Virus record (IMG/VR): IMGVR_UViG_3300031965_000012
Span: 7,998 to 71,997 of that record
DNA from: a virus
Lineage: Duplodnaviria > Caudoviricetes
Length of the DNA stretch: 64,000 bases
Direction: 5' to 3' (one strand)
Shown here: one piece after another, positions 9,327 to 19,352 of the stretch
How the letters are laid out: each line of letters starts with the position of its first letter
How positions within the stretch are numbered: the first letter of the stretch is position 1
The notes under the pieces: model-generated
What the model was told of the DNA's origin: nothing
What the model saw: only the letters and a program-made list of their open reading frames with translations
The model's database searches: none
Made by a program: the position numbers and the translations under genes

Positions 9327-12044
9327 TTATAATCCTAATAAAAATTGGCTTTGTTCTTCCGTTACCTGGACTTGCACCCGTTTTAATATCTCAAACATAA
9401 ATGCTTCTATGTGTGGTTCTAATCCTTGCCCTGATACCGTTATCATCCCATCACCTTTTTGTAATGCCGCTCTTTTTGCGTCCATATAAGCAATGGAGGC
9501 ATTGGCAAGCCGCTCCTCTATAGTGAGTGCACGTTCCTGTAGTTTATTTTGCGCCTCAATTTGGGCAATGATAGCATTAAACCCTTTCCTTCCACTAGCT
9601 GATCCTAAATCAAAATCACCCAATATCCCAAATGCGGCTGATATAGCCTCACCGGTAGATTCGAATAATTTACCAATAGTCTCTGATTCACTTTTTATTG
9701 TGTCAAAAGCGGCTTCCACTTCAGCAATATCAACCTTTGCCTTCCATTCTATTGCTTTTTGAACTACGGCGGCATTTTGTTTTAATTGCTCGATTTTAAA
9801 ATCTGCCTCAATTTCAAGCTTTTTCTCAGCAAGTTTCTGGATCTCGGTGAGTTTCTGTTTGGTATCCTCAATCGGTTTATCAACTTTTGCGGTATCGGCC
9901 TCCATCACAACGAAATAAGGCTTTTTTGTGAGATCCGTAATTCCATTTTCAGCCCTTGCTATGGCTAGTTGGGCGTCATCGCTGTTGACATTTATATTTT
10001 TAGGAGCAACAAGACCATCAAAAAATGATGCTAACTCAGCGTCAACCTTTGCCCAATCAGTGCTTATGCCTTGTACCTCTGACTGTACACTTCGCGCCCC
10101 CTCCTTCATTTTATCAGTGGCAACAATAGAAGCATCACCCGCCTTTTCGGCCTCTTCCGTTGTGCCTACTAAAGTGTCTTTGATGGCAATAAGATTGGCA
10201 TTAGCCTCTTCCGAATTACGAACAAGGTTTGATTTTATCGCATTTGCTACATTATCTAAAGAGGCTACTGTAGCATTAAAATCAATTTTACCAAACGAAA
10301 GTACTTTTATAGCTTCATTCGCCGTAAATGCTAAATCTCTAAGTGCTTGGATAATAGCAAATGCGATAAAATCAAACGTAATCTGTAAAGAATTAGCACC
10401 AAGAGCGATAGAATTAAATACAATCTCAAAAGCGTTTTTAAAGGACAGGCCGCTCTCATTCATTAAAGCAAGCGCCCCAGCTACTTCTAATCCTATTGTA
10501 GTAATGGCTTGAGCGGCACCTAGAACATTACCAAAGTCTTTTACCATTTCAGATGAAAATTTATCTGAATCCTGAATGGCTTGCCCGATTACGTTAAAGA
10601 ATGGTTGGAATGCCTCAACTATTCCAGCGGCGGATTCGACAATAACAGCAAATCCATTTACAACTGCCTGTAATGCTGTAGTAAGTCTATCAACAGTAGT
10701 TAAATCAATATCACCAAGTATTGAGGCAAAAATATCTCCTATTTCACCGCCTAAACCAGATAAGGCATCAAGTAACCGGCTAAAATCTAAATTATCAAAC
10801 GCCTCTGGTAAATCCTGCGCGATGGAAACTAGATACCCTTGTAAATTATCGAGCTGTTCTTTTGCTTTATCAACTAGTTGTTTAAATTTATCCGTGCCAA
10901 TAAGGCTTGTTAAAGCAACCTCAATATCAGTAAATCCACCAACTACACCAGTCGCAGCAGAAATAAATTGATCGCCAAAAGTCTGAGCAAAAATATTAAA
11001 GGCCTGGCGGGCTATTCCAATTTTTGTTTCAAGCGATTCAAGCCTAATAGCAACTTCCTGTGCCGCCGATCCGGCAGAATTTTGAGCTGTTGCTGTTATT
11101 TCAAGAATTTTGTTATAATCTGATAATGATGAAACAAGCTTTCCAGTTTGGTATATCCCAAACACTTCTTGAGCAATGAATTGCTGCTGTGCGTCTGTTA
11201 GAGTTCCAAATTTAGGGGCAAGCTCTTTGAGAATATCACCAGATGTTTTTAATTCACCGTTCGCATCTTTCTGGCTTATGCCGATGGATTTTAAAGCATC
11301 AACTACCGGCTTGGAATCAGATGATAAACGAAGCAACCCTGTTTTAAATGCATTGCCTGCTTCTGTGCCTGATTGGAATACCTCAATGACGGGGGTAATA
11401 AAACCGGTCATTTCCTCAATGGAAAGTCCCGCTAGTTTTGCTATTGGTGCGATAATGGCGAGGGCGTCACCAAGTTTTTGTGAATCAGTTGCGTATTTAT
11501 TGGAAACGGCGTTTAAAATATCAACAATATGACTTGCTTCTGATGCTTCAAAACCAAATCCTTTAAGCGTTTTAATCAGGATATCAGTTGACTGCTCTGC
11601 TGATACCTCGCCAGCAATTACTAAATCAAGCCCGGTTTTCACAAGTCCAAGTGATTCACTTAATCCAAAACCAGCTTGAACAAAGGTGGCTGTACTCGCC
11701 AATTGTGAAGTAGCAGCTTCACCATATGTAAGAGCGTAATCTTTCGCTGCCTGTTTGGCTAAATCAAGTTGTTCCTGGTTTTCTCCTAAAACTTTCTGTA
11801 AATCTGAACCAGCGGCTTGAAATTCTTTGGCCTCATTGACTGCGAATGCTCCAAATGCTAAACCTAATCCCCCCGCGCCAAGGATTACCTTTTCAATCAG
11901 TTCAGCAATATTAGCAAGTGGCTGTGCCGCCGCTTCCACCCCATCCGTAATAGCAGAAAAACCACCAGCAATATCACGTATCGTTGTAGAGGTTTTATCA
12001 GTACCGGCAAATATTATTTCAATTGTTTTTTGGAGATCAGCCAT
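9327..12044 (-). CDS. Tape measure protein (TP901-like)
   Basis: 905 aa, helical Ala/Ile-rich; NAVSNKYATD, GTEAGNAFKTGLLRL, GSAAQE motifs. Confidence 0.95.
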   Translation of the reverse strand: MADLQKTIEIIFAGTDKTSTTIRDIAGGFSAITDGVEAAAQPLANIAELIEKVILGAGGLGLAFGAFAVNEAKEFQAAGSDLQKVLGENQEQLDLAKQAAKDYALTYGEAATSQLASTATFVQAGFGLSESLGLVKTGLDLVIAGEVSAEQSTDILIKTLKGFGFEASEASHIVDILNAVSNKYATDSQKLGDALAIIAPIAKLAGLSIEEMTGFITPVIEVFQSGTEAGNAFKTGLLRLSSDSKPVVDALKSIGISQKDANGELKTSGDILKELAPKFGTLTDAQQQFIAQEVFGIYQTGKLVSSLSDYNKILEITATAQNSAGSAAQEVAIRLESLETKIGIARQAFNIFAQTFGDQFISAATGVVGGFTDIEVALTSLIGTDKFKQLVDKAKEQLDNLQGYLVSIAQDLPEAFDNLDFSRLLDALSGLGGEIGDIFASILGDIDLTTVDRLTTALQAVVNGFAVIVESAAGIVEAFQPFFNVIGQAIQDSDKFSSEMVKDFGNVLGAAQAITTIGLEVAGALALMNESGLSFKNAFEIVFNSIALGANSLQITFDFIAFAIIQALRDLAFTANEAIKVLSFGKIDFNATVASLDNVANAIKSNLVRNSEEANANLIAIKDTLVGTTEEAEKAGDASIVATDKMKEGARSVQSEVQGISTDWAKVDAELASFFDGLVAPKNINVNSDDAQLAIARAENGITDLTKKPYFVVMEADTAKVDKPIEDTKQKLTEIQKLAEKKLEIEADFKIEQLKQNAAVVQKAIEWKAKVDIAEVEAAFDTIKSESETIGKLFESTGEAISAAFGILGDFDLGSASGRKGFNAIIAQIEAQNKLQERALTIEERLANASIAYMDAKRAALQKGDGMITVSGQGLEPHIEAFMFEILKRVQVQVTEEQSQFLLGL

Positions 12045-12236
12045 TTATTTTTTGCTCGCGTATTCGGTTATAAAGCGGGACCACAATAATATTTCTGTTG
12101 TTGTTAAAAATCCCTCTGGAAAGCGGTGTGGAAGTACTTCAAACAAAAACCGTGATACTCCCCTACCAGGTCCACCATAGCACAAGGCCATAGTAGTTTT
12201 TATTTCATCATCATTCCAGAGGGTGTCTACTTTTCC
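12045..12236 (-). CDS. -1 frameshift extension of tail assembly chaperone (gpGT-like)
   Basis: Slippery G GAA AAG at 12236-12230 just before the chaperone stop; the -1 frame GKVDTLWNDD...YASKK is open and ends abutting the tape measure ATG. Confidence 0.75.
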   Translation of the reverse strand, partial: GKVDTLWNDDEIKTTMALCYGGPGRGVSRFLFEVLPHRFPEGFLTTTEILLWSRFITEYASKK

Positions 12237-12700
12237 TCAATTGCTCCTAACCCTGTCAATTGTATAATGGTATTAAATAACTGCTTAAACTCAATAGGGT
12301 ATGTAGTCGCTAATTTGACCACTCCTTCAAAAGTAAATGCGGGGGATACTATTCCCTTATGGACTATATTTAAAGCCCGTACATGCGAATCTGGGACATC
12401 GTCGCCACTAATAAAATGGAATAGTGTCTTCATTGCTTTTACAACGTCCTCGGATGCTATATCGGCAACCTGTTTCCTGGCTTCCTTATTCATCCCAACT
12501 TCCAAATCAATAGCAGCTATTTCTGCCCCTTCCAAATTACGGACGATGATTATTGGGATTGTGTTTTTTGGATAGAATTTTTTTAATGATGGGACCTGTA
12601 TTTCTTGTGTTCGATGTTTAAACTGAGTGGCCTCAAACAAGCCTAAATCCATTTCAGTGGATGCTATTGGTTTTTTGACTTCTGTTTTTTCATTTGCCAT
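12227..12700 (-). CDS. Tail assembly chaperone (gpG-like)
   Basis: Lies between major tail and tape measure genes; slippery site at its 3' end. Confidence 0.75.
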   Translation of the reverse strand: MANEKTEVKKPIASTEMDLGLFEATQFKHRTQEIQVPSLKKFYPKNTIPIIIVRNLEGAEIAAIDLEVGMNKEARKQVADIASEDVVKAMKTLFHFISGDDVPDSHVRALNIVHKGIVSPAFTFEGVVKLATTYPIEFKQLFNTIIQLTGLGAIEEK

Positions 12701-12797
12701 GTTTATACTCTCCTGGTTTTAATTCCCTGGATTGTAATAAATAGATTTCAGCGGGGAGGGAACCAGGGAGAAACCTACCCCGCCTACTCTCTAACTA

Positions 12798-13817
12798 TTA
12801 AGCGGAAAATTCAGCACTTTCCACTTCGGATGAAATAGAAACGGTGGCCTGTACTTGCGTTCCGGCGGGAAATGTACGGCTTAGTCCAACCGTTCCCTGT
12901 GTAAGTACGTAAGGGGCCTTATTACGATTTGGGAAAAACTTTACAGTAAGCTTTTCATTTTTCTCAGCAACAAGGGCGTCCGTTACACCATCAGATAGTA
13001 GTGCTGTAAAAGATCCAGCACCGAGTGATTCAGAAAAGGAAGCGATTGTATCACCATAAATCTGCTGTGAACTGGAACTATGTGATTTTTCAGCCGGTAC
13101 AAAATCAACTGTCCGGGAAAGGTCTGAAAGCGCCGGAGTGTATAACTCAATATAAACACCTTTTGTTACATCTGCTGTGTGGATGGTTGGGAGAGCGGAA
13201 TTGAATTTAATATGGGCATACTTCTCAGCGGTGGTATCAGCCTTTGCTCCATTTCCAATGTTGTTTTCTGTCCACAATGGATAATCAAAACGCTCTGTAT
13301 GAGTTCCATCAACCTGAAAAATCTCACTTGCAGCAATAGCACCAGCGGCCTGAGTTGTTACGCGGATCTGGCCAATCTCGACGGAACCAACAGGAATGTA
13401 AGGAGGACCACCATTTGCTCCGCGTGTTTCTGAAAATGCGGTTGTAGCAGAATCAACCCCGGCTACTACGGCGATAGTACCAGAACTATTCATCGTAACA
13501 GAATTAATTTTTGCGACATCACCGGCTGGACGGGTGATTGTGGTAGTAGTAGCCGTTACAGTGTGAAGCGTTCCTTGGCTATTCGCCGTAAATCCCGCCA
13601 CTGTCACAGTGTCATTTGTTGTGTGAGTGGAAAGCATATTCCGTCCGGTTACAACACCGTCAACTACAACATCCGGCTCATACCCCTCCTTTCCACTCCA
13701 AACATTTGAACTGGTTTTAGTAAAGATTTGATTATCCCCACTATCCGTCATTGCCGCCATACTCACCAAAGTCTGGCCTAACTCAATCTGAATTTTTGCA
13801 TTACTTGCGGTTGCCAT
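12798..13817 (-). CDS. Probable major tail (tube) protein
   Basis: 339-aa Thr/Ser-rich ORF with strong RBS immediately upstream of chaperone and tape measure. Confidence 0.6.
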   Translation of the reverse strand: MATASNAKIQIELGQTLVSMAAMTDSGDNQIFTKTSSNVWSGKEGYEPDVVVDGVVTGRNMLSTHTTNDTVTVAGFTANSQGTLHTVTATTTTITRPAGDVAKINSVTMNSSGTIAVVAGVDSATTAFSETRGANGGPPYIPVGSVEIGQIRVTTQAAGAIAASEIFQVDGTHTERFDYPLWTENNIGNGAKADTTAEKYAHIKFNSALPTIHTADVTKGVYIELYTPALSDLSRTVDFVPAEKSHSSSSQQIYGDTIASFSESLGAGSFTALLSDGVTDALVAEKNEKLTVKFFPNRNKAPYVLTQGTVGLSRTFPAGTQVQATVSISSEVESAEFSA

Positions 13818-13844
13818 AACACTTCTCCTTGTCTGTTTTTATTT

Positions 13845-14210
13845 TTATTTGTTCTTTAAAACAAAGTTATCCACAATAATGTAGTTATTTTCTGATTCAA
13901 AATCTATTAATCCTTGGTAAAAATCCATCCGCTCTACATGTTGGATGGAAACCTTTTTTAAATTACTCTTTACCCAATTATTTATATCAATTTTTGGGGT
14001 TTTTGATTTACCGGTATAAAAAGCTAAAAAATCGTTTGTACTGAACGATTCTGCTCTTTTATAGCCTCCTATACCTAAAACCTCTTGTTCGGGTCTTACA
14101 ATTAAGGTTTGCCCCATTCCTGTAGTTAATTTAATGATTGTAGTAGGGGTGGTTTTAACGTAATCCGGTAAAGTGCCCCCTAGCACGATGGAATTATGGT
14201 TTATTTGCAT
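13845..14210 (-). CDS. Stand-alone degenerate Hint/intein-like protein
   Basis: AAGGAGG RBS before ATG 14210; IIKLTTGMGQTLIVRPEQEVL..GGYKRAE (block B-like) and IDFESENNYIIVDNFVLKN (block F/G-like). Confidence 0.5.
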   Translation of the reverse strand: MQINHNSIVLGGTLPDYVKTTPTTIIKLTTGMGQTLIVRPEQEVLGIGGYKRAESFSTNDFLAFYTGKSKTPKIDINNWVKSNLKKVSIQHVERMDFYQGLIDFESENNYIIVDNFVLKNK

Positions 14211-14224
14211 TTGGTCCCTCCTTT

Positions 14225-16252
14225 TTATCTGAATGTCATCGCACACCGACAATTGACTCTATCATCGGCACTTAAGTTATGATCAAGTGGATAACGGGGG
14301 TATTGTCCATTGCTTGACGCCACTCTTGTAAACTCCTTATCAATATCAACGGTCTCACCTCTGCGTCTCACATGTAAATCGCGAACATTTACAATACTAT
14401 CACGCCAAACCTTTTTAGTGGCCCCTGATAATCTAGCGGCGGTTAATTGTCCCATACTTGCTCCGGTGCCAATAGATGTACGGGCGATTCTTAATGCTCT
14501 TTCTGGACTGAATACCCCGGTGTCCTGAATTGCTTGCGTTATATCAGCAATAGACGAACCATTTTCAATTCCATCCAATACCTGTGCAATAATTGTATCA
14601 ACCGTTGTGGCATCAATAAATCCCAAATCAACTAAGATTACTTTTTCATCCTCAAGTGCTTTTCTTATTTCTGCCTCAACTTGATCATCAAATGCGTCAC
14701 GGGTCTCAATTACAACCTGTTTACCAAAAGAGATACCAGCGTCAACATAGGCATTGGTGAGGGCATTCGTAAAATCCTTATTGCTGGTCTTTATCAATGT
14801 GGATACTGTATCCTCAACGGAATTCATTATCTTATTCATATTGGATTCTATCTTATTTCTGATTCCATCCAATACACTGGAAATAGCAGTGGCATGTTGA
14901 TCGGCTAATTCATCCTTCTGTTCATTTTCCTTTTCAATATCAAAGTTTTCTTGTGCTCTGATATTTAATTGTGGTTTCCATTCCCTTACTTCTATTCCAT
15001 CGTTATTTGAATTAGTGGCAGCAGGGCTATTTGCTTGTTTAAGGCCATTAAACGGTAAATCCCATCCAGGGTATTCTCTAAGCCCTAATCGTAGCTTACG
15101 GTCAATTTCCTGCATTGGAATACCACTGTCATAAAAGTTCTTTACTGTACTGGATTGCTCTACTAGGACTTGTTGAAGTACAGCCACTTTTGTATAGTCA
15201 GCGGAAACCTTTTGGTCTGCCGTTAATACCCCATCCAGTCTAAGGCTAAATGTCATTGTTTCAGCCACAATTGAAATCAATGGAATAATACGGGACCGCC
15301 ATAGAATCAATTCAGATACCATCAAATTATTATATGTGGATGCCTCCGTTGCTCCTACGAGTTGTGGTGATACACCATGAGCAGCTAAGATTTCATTTCG
15401 ATTATCTTTCCTGGATTCCTTATAATCCATTTCAGATGGAGTGGAACTTAGTCGGGTATAACTGGCATCGCCACCAATAAAGGCGGTCCCTTTAACATTT
15501 TTCTTACCCTGGTTCCTTTCTTGCCATGATTCCTTTTGTGTGAGTAATTGGTCCCGGGTCATCACTTGTTTAAATGAAACAATACCTTCCAGCACTCCAT
15601 TATTTTGCATTGCTGATTTCGCAAAGTCCTGTTGTTCATTATCAATATCAACAATCTTTGAACATGCCATCAATGGACTAACGCCTTTTACCGGGCTAGA
15701 TGGATCGATAAGTTTAAATGCAATTATCTCTTCCGGCAGATATTCAACTTTAATATCTGTTGCTCCATCCTTTGGTATCCCATATCCATCAATCATGTAC
15801 TCAATGTCTTTGGATCGGATGGGAACCAATCTATCAGGAGAAACAGGCCAGAATCCACCACCTGATTTTGAGGTCGATGTTTTTATTTTTTTAAAATAAC
15901 CAACACCAGCAAGCAACAACCACAAATAAATTAATTGGTATACATCCCTCCTAGACATTTGTGGATTTGGATTATCCAGAATTGTTTGGTAAGGGTGGCT
16001 GTCTATCCGCTCTCCGTCAAGGTCTGTTATATCAAACGGGACAGATGCCGCTTGAAATGAAATTAAATCATTTGAGCGGTAAACCCATACAGACGATTTC
16101 ATTCCCTCCTTTACAGCTTTTTTAACAGAGATATCATTATAGACGGCCCTTGGCATCCCTTGCCGTAAAGTGGAACTATAAACAAGATTCCGTTGTTCAG
16201 CCATTCCCGGTATTGGTTTACCGTACTGATCATATAATGTAAGTTCGTCCAT
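14225..16252 (-). CDS. Portal protein fused to C-terminal MuF/gp7 head morphogenesis domain
   Basis: HK97-like portal motifs (LDNPNPQMS, WPVSPDRL, GVSPLMA, HGVSPQLVG); C-terminal RALRIARTS, KKVWRD..VRDLH, DRVNCRC. Confidence 0.88.
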   Translation of the reverse strand: MDELTLYDQYGKPIPGMAEQRNLVYSSTLRQGMPRAVYNDISVKKAVKEGMKSSVWVYRSNDLISFQAASVPFDITDLDGERIDSHPYQTILDNPNPQMSRRDVYQLIYLWLLLAGVGYFKKIKTSTSKSGGGFWPVSPDRLVPIRSKDIEYMIDGYGIPKDGATDIKVEYLPEEIIAFKLIDPSSPVKGVSPLMACSKIVDIDNEQQDFAKSAMQNNGVLEGIVSFKQVMTRDQLLTQKESWQERNQGKKNVKGTAFIGGDASYTRLSSTPSEMDYKESRKDNRNEILAAHGVSPQLVGATEASTYNNLMVSELILWRSRIIPLISIVAETMTFSLRLDGVLTADQKVSADYTKVAVLQQVLVEQSSTVKNFYDSGIPMQEIDRKLRLGLREYPGWDLPFNGLKQANSPAATNSNNDGIEVREWKPQLNIRAQENFDIEKENEQKDELADQHATAISSVLDGIRNKIESNMNKIMNSVEDTVSTLIKTSNKDFTNALTNAYVDAGISFGKQVVIETRDAFDDQVEAEIRKALEDEKVILVDLGFIDATTVDTIIAQVLDGIENGSSIADITQAIQDTGVFSPERALRIARTSIGTGASMGQLTAARLSGATKKVWRDSIVNVRDLHVRRRGETVDIDKEFTRVASSNGQYPRYPLDHNLSADDRVNCRCAMTFR

Positions 16253-16258
16253 AGTGGA

Positions 16259-16744
16259 TTATTCCTGTGTTCTGAAAATGAAAAGGTAGTGGATTATGGC
16301 GTCAGCAACAGAATTGTTTGTTGTGGTGACTGTAAGGGTATTTGTTACGAGTGGCTCAAAAAATGCGGATGTTGTAGCAGAGTATGGAAAAGTTTGGGTT
16401 GTAGCGTTTCCATCAACAATATTATCCCCGCTTGTTCCAATGTAATCTTTACCGATGGAATCAACAATATCTAAATCACTGTTATCTGTTGGGCTAATTT
16501 CTGAGGTGGTATTCCAATAATCAACCTCAATTAGTTTGGAACCTATTACCTGTCCATCAATATCAAATGACGGAAATGCCCCAGTTACATTATCACCCAG
16601 ACATTCATATTCCACCGTCATATAGTAGGTACGATATTTGGTTACGGAACCAACCATATCACAAGATGAATTTGCCGCTAGAGTGTCACTGATACCCATA
16701 AAAAGTAAAGCCATTATCAAAACAATCTCAAATACTCTTTTCAT
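16259..16744 (-). CDS. Hypothetical protein with predicted signal peptide
   Basis: N-terminus MKRVFEIVLIMALLFMGISDTLAA; strong RBS. Confidence 0.5.
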   Translation of the reverse strand: MKRVFEIVLIMALLFMGISDTLAANSSCDMVGSVTKYRTYYMTVEYECLGDNVTGAFPSFDIDGQVIGSKLIEVDYWNTTSEISPTDNSDLDIVDSIGKDYIGTSGDNIVDGNATTQTFPYSATTSAFFEPLVTNTLTVTTTNNSVADAIIHYLFIFRTQE

Positions 16745-16768
16745 ACTCTCTTCTCCTTTGTTATTAAT

Positions 16769-17092
16769 TTAATATTGATCCCAGTCCGGTATTTCCACCG
16801 TTTGGTTTTTTAGTTCATGTGTACAATCTGATAAAAATTGTATTTTTCCATCCTTTATAAAACTGTGACAACATTTTTCAGGACGTCCTTTTTCTCCATA
16901 TTCCCACCGTACTCGTAATGACGGGCTAATTGTTGGATTATCTACATCTCCATTAAACGTCCAGCAGGGCATTCCAATATTCGGAATAGTGTTTATTGAA
17001 TGCAAAAGCCCACATCCAGGACAATGAAACAAATAAGAGAACTTTTGCTTAACATTCTCGCCATCATGTTGTTCTTTATAAAATTTTGCCAT
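16769..17092 (-). CDS. DUF6527-like Cys-rich protein
   Basis: FHCPGCG..H, WTFNGDVDNPTISPSL, CHSFIKDGKIQFLSDCTH. Confidence 0.6.
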   Translation of the reverse strand: MAKFYKEQHDGENVKQKFSYLFHCPGCGLLHSINTIPNIGMPCWTFNGDVDNPTISPSLRVRWEYGEKGRPEKCCHSFIKDGKIQFLSDCTHELKNQTVEIPDWDQY

Positions 17093-17101
17093 TTTATTCT
17101 C

Positions 17102-18766
17102 CTATGCCCACGCCATCACAATTTCATTGTCCACTGCTGGCCAATAGAGCATCATAATGGAATCGGCTTTATTTGGTGATGTTGAACCACTTGGTTTTTT
17201 ATCAATTAAAATTCTTCCACGTTTATCATATTTGACTATTGGTTGTGATAGCTCTTCCACAATCTCATGGATATTGGAAAGCGCACTTGGTAAAACAATT
17301 AATTCATCAAATGGAATTTCGATACCTTGCACAACTACTTTATATGTATTTTCAAACCGCTGCCGTAGTTTCCACCATCCCTGTGCTTTGAGATTAGCAA
17401 AAAAATCTTTATTGATTGGTGTATCTGGATCATCAGGGATTATGTGCATGTCAGGATCTAGGCAGGTGGCCCCGGCATCCCATTTGACAATTTGAAGGTT
17501 TTTCAATTGCCCTTCATCCATTAAGCGGTTTACTTCTGCTTTAACGCCACTTCCAACACCAATACAATCGTAATCCAGCCGGTGGCTTCCATTAACATGC
17601 ATCCTAGCAAGTGCTTTCCTTGCTGTTACACCAGTATCCCTCTCATGCCACTCTTCCACTTCGGTTAGGATAATACCTTTTTTGGTAGCACAAGCATTGC
17701 TATCACCATCATCGGAATCACCAACATCAAGTGCCGATGAAATCATTCCATCCATTTCCGATTCTGTAAAACCCAAAACAATATGAGCGTCAATAGCAGC
17801 CTTAATCCATGCTGGTGGAATACATGCCCCTTTTACAGCGGCTGAATAATCCCGATCAACTTCCTGAGCAAATACATGTAGTAAACCTTCCCGTTCCGCT
17901 TTAGCCCTGCGTGTTTCATACCATTCCTGAGTTTTATTGGGATGATCACGCCAATCAAAAATGAATACTTTAGTTGATCCCTTTGGTATTTGTTTTCCCG
18001 GACTCCATACTACTCCTGATTTACGACGGCGAGCAAATATATTGGCGGTTCCGTTTACGCTGGATATATCAATTTGGACATTGGTATTATCACCAAGTGC
18101 CGCTTCAATCTTTTCAGGACGTTCATAGTGCGCCGATTCGTCCTTGAAGTATATTGATTTCCGTCCACCACGCCCAATATTATCACCCGCCTCGCCGGTA
18201 ATTGTAGCGCCTGTTTCTGGATTGGTTACTTTCATGTATCCGGCATTGTATCGGATATCAAAATCTTTTGGCCAAAAAAACCTTGGAAGGTGGTCAATTA
18301 TAATTCGGATCTTTTCAAAAATGCTATCTGGGTCACCGAGCTTATCAACAAGCTGTTCCTTGCGACTACCAAATCCAACCGCCACTCCATCGGAAAACAA
18401 CCACATCCAAACGGAAAAAGCAGCACATTCCCATGTGGCACCCATGTCCCTTGATTTTTCCACCAAACCATTTTCCTGATCATTTATACAATCCTGTAGG
18501 AAATAGATAAACTCAATCTGTCGGGGGAACAATATAAATGGAAGAGTGGTTGGTAATCCAGATGAAACATTCCGTGGATCATATGTTACACACCAATCAT
18601 TTATAAATTCGATTGGTCTAGTACGGTAATACTCTTTTGCCCCAACAATTAAATCATGATTGGAATTGAGTAATGACAACCGTTTTGCACGAGCAATAAA
18701 AATATCTGTGTAATTTGGTGGCCAGTTTATATTGATAGGAGCCGTCATGATTTTATTCTTTCTCAC
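17102..18766 (-). CDS. Terminase large subunit
   Basis: EKSRDMGATW Walker A-like motif, YFKDESAH Walker B, ALDVG nuclease aspartate, SPNKADS; the start may be 18748. Confidence 0.92.
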   Translation of the reverse strand: MRKNKIMTAPININWPPNYTDIFIARAKRLSLLNSNHDLIVGAKEYYRTRPIEFINDWCVTYDPRNVSSGLPTTLPFILFPRQIEFIYFLQDCINDQENGLVEKSRDMGATWECAAFSVWMWLFSDGVAVGFGSRKEQLVDKLGDPDSIFEKIRIIIDHLPRFFWPKDFDIRYNAGYMKVTNPETGATITGEAGDNIGRGGRKSIYFKDESAHYERPEKIEAALGDNTNVQIDISSVNGTANIFARRRKSGVVWSPGKQIPKGSTKVFIFDWRDHPNKTQEWYETRRAKAEREGLLHVFAQEVDRDYSAAVKGACIPPAWIKAAIDAHIVLGFTESEMDGMISSALDVGDSDDGDSNACATKKGIILTEVEEWHERDTGVTARKALARMHVNGSHRLDYDCIGVGSGVKAEVNRLMDEGQLKNLQIVKWDAGATCLDPDMHIIPDDPDTPINKDFFANLKAQGWWKLRQRFENTYKVVVQGIEIPFDELIVLPSALSNIHEIVEELSQPIVKYDKRGRILIDKKPSGSTSPNKADSIMMLYWPAVDNEIVMAWA

Positions 18767-19304
18767 CCTTTATCATTTGGGCATAAAGTTGGGCGGCATC
18801 TTTTGGAGACATATCAGAATTAATTGTTTGAATTGGAGCACCGTTTGGACCTGAATGTTCCCGCTTATCAGCCAGTCCTAAATCACGTGCAATTATGTTT
18901 GCATTTAATAGACCAGCAGCAGCTCCCGTAAACTTTTGTTCCCTTATAAATCGTTCCACAAAGCTAGTGACTTCTAGGAAGTCTGTGCCCCTTTTTTTGT
19001 AATTATTCCATGTATCATTACTAATACCAAGGAATATATGCAAACCATCAAAGGTCATAGCACGCATCTTCTTGACATTGGTTAAAGTGATATCCCCCAT
19101 ATATGGAAATGCTTTTTGCTCATATAGTGGATTATCTTCTACCCACTTAAAATACTCTAGGGAAACCTCTAATAGATGTTGTGCTGTTTCATATATTGGT
19201 GGTCTTCCATGTATAAGTCTTCTTCTCCACAATTCATTTCCAGGAACAAACGGTGTTATAATTGTTTTGTTTGGTTTATTGTTGAACTTTGTTCTTTTCG
19301 CCAT
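18753..19304 (-). CDS. Terminase small subunit (P22 gp3-like)
   Basis: GRPPIYET, KKMRAMTFDGL, EQKFTGAAAGLLNANIIARDLGLAD. Confidence 0.85.
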   Translation of the reverse strand: MAKRTKFNNKPNKTIITPFVPGNELWRRRLIHGRPPIYETAQHLLEVSLEYFKWVEDNPLYEQKAFPYMGDITLTNVKKMRAMTFDGLHIFLGISNDTWNNYKKRGTDFLEVTSFVERFIREQKFTGAAAGLLNANIIARDLGLADKREHSGPNGAPIQTINSDMSPKDAAQLYAQMIKGEKE

Positions 19305-19352
19305 GGTTTTTGTTTTGGTTTGTTTTTATTGGTGAGTAAGGTTTGTTTTATA

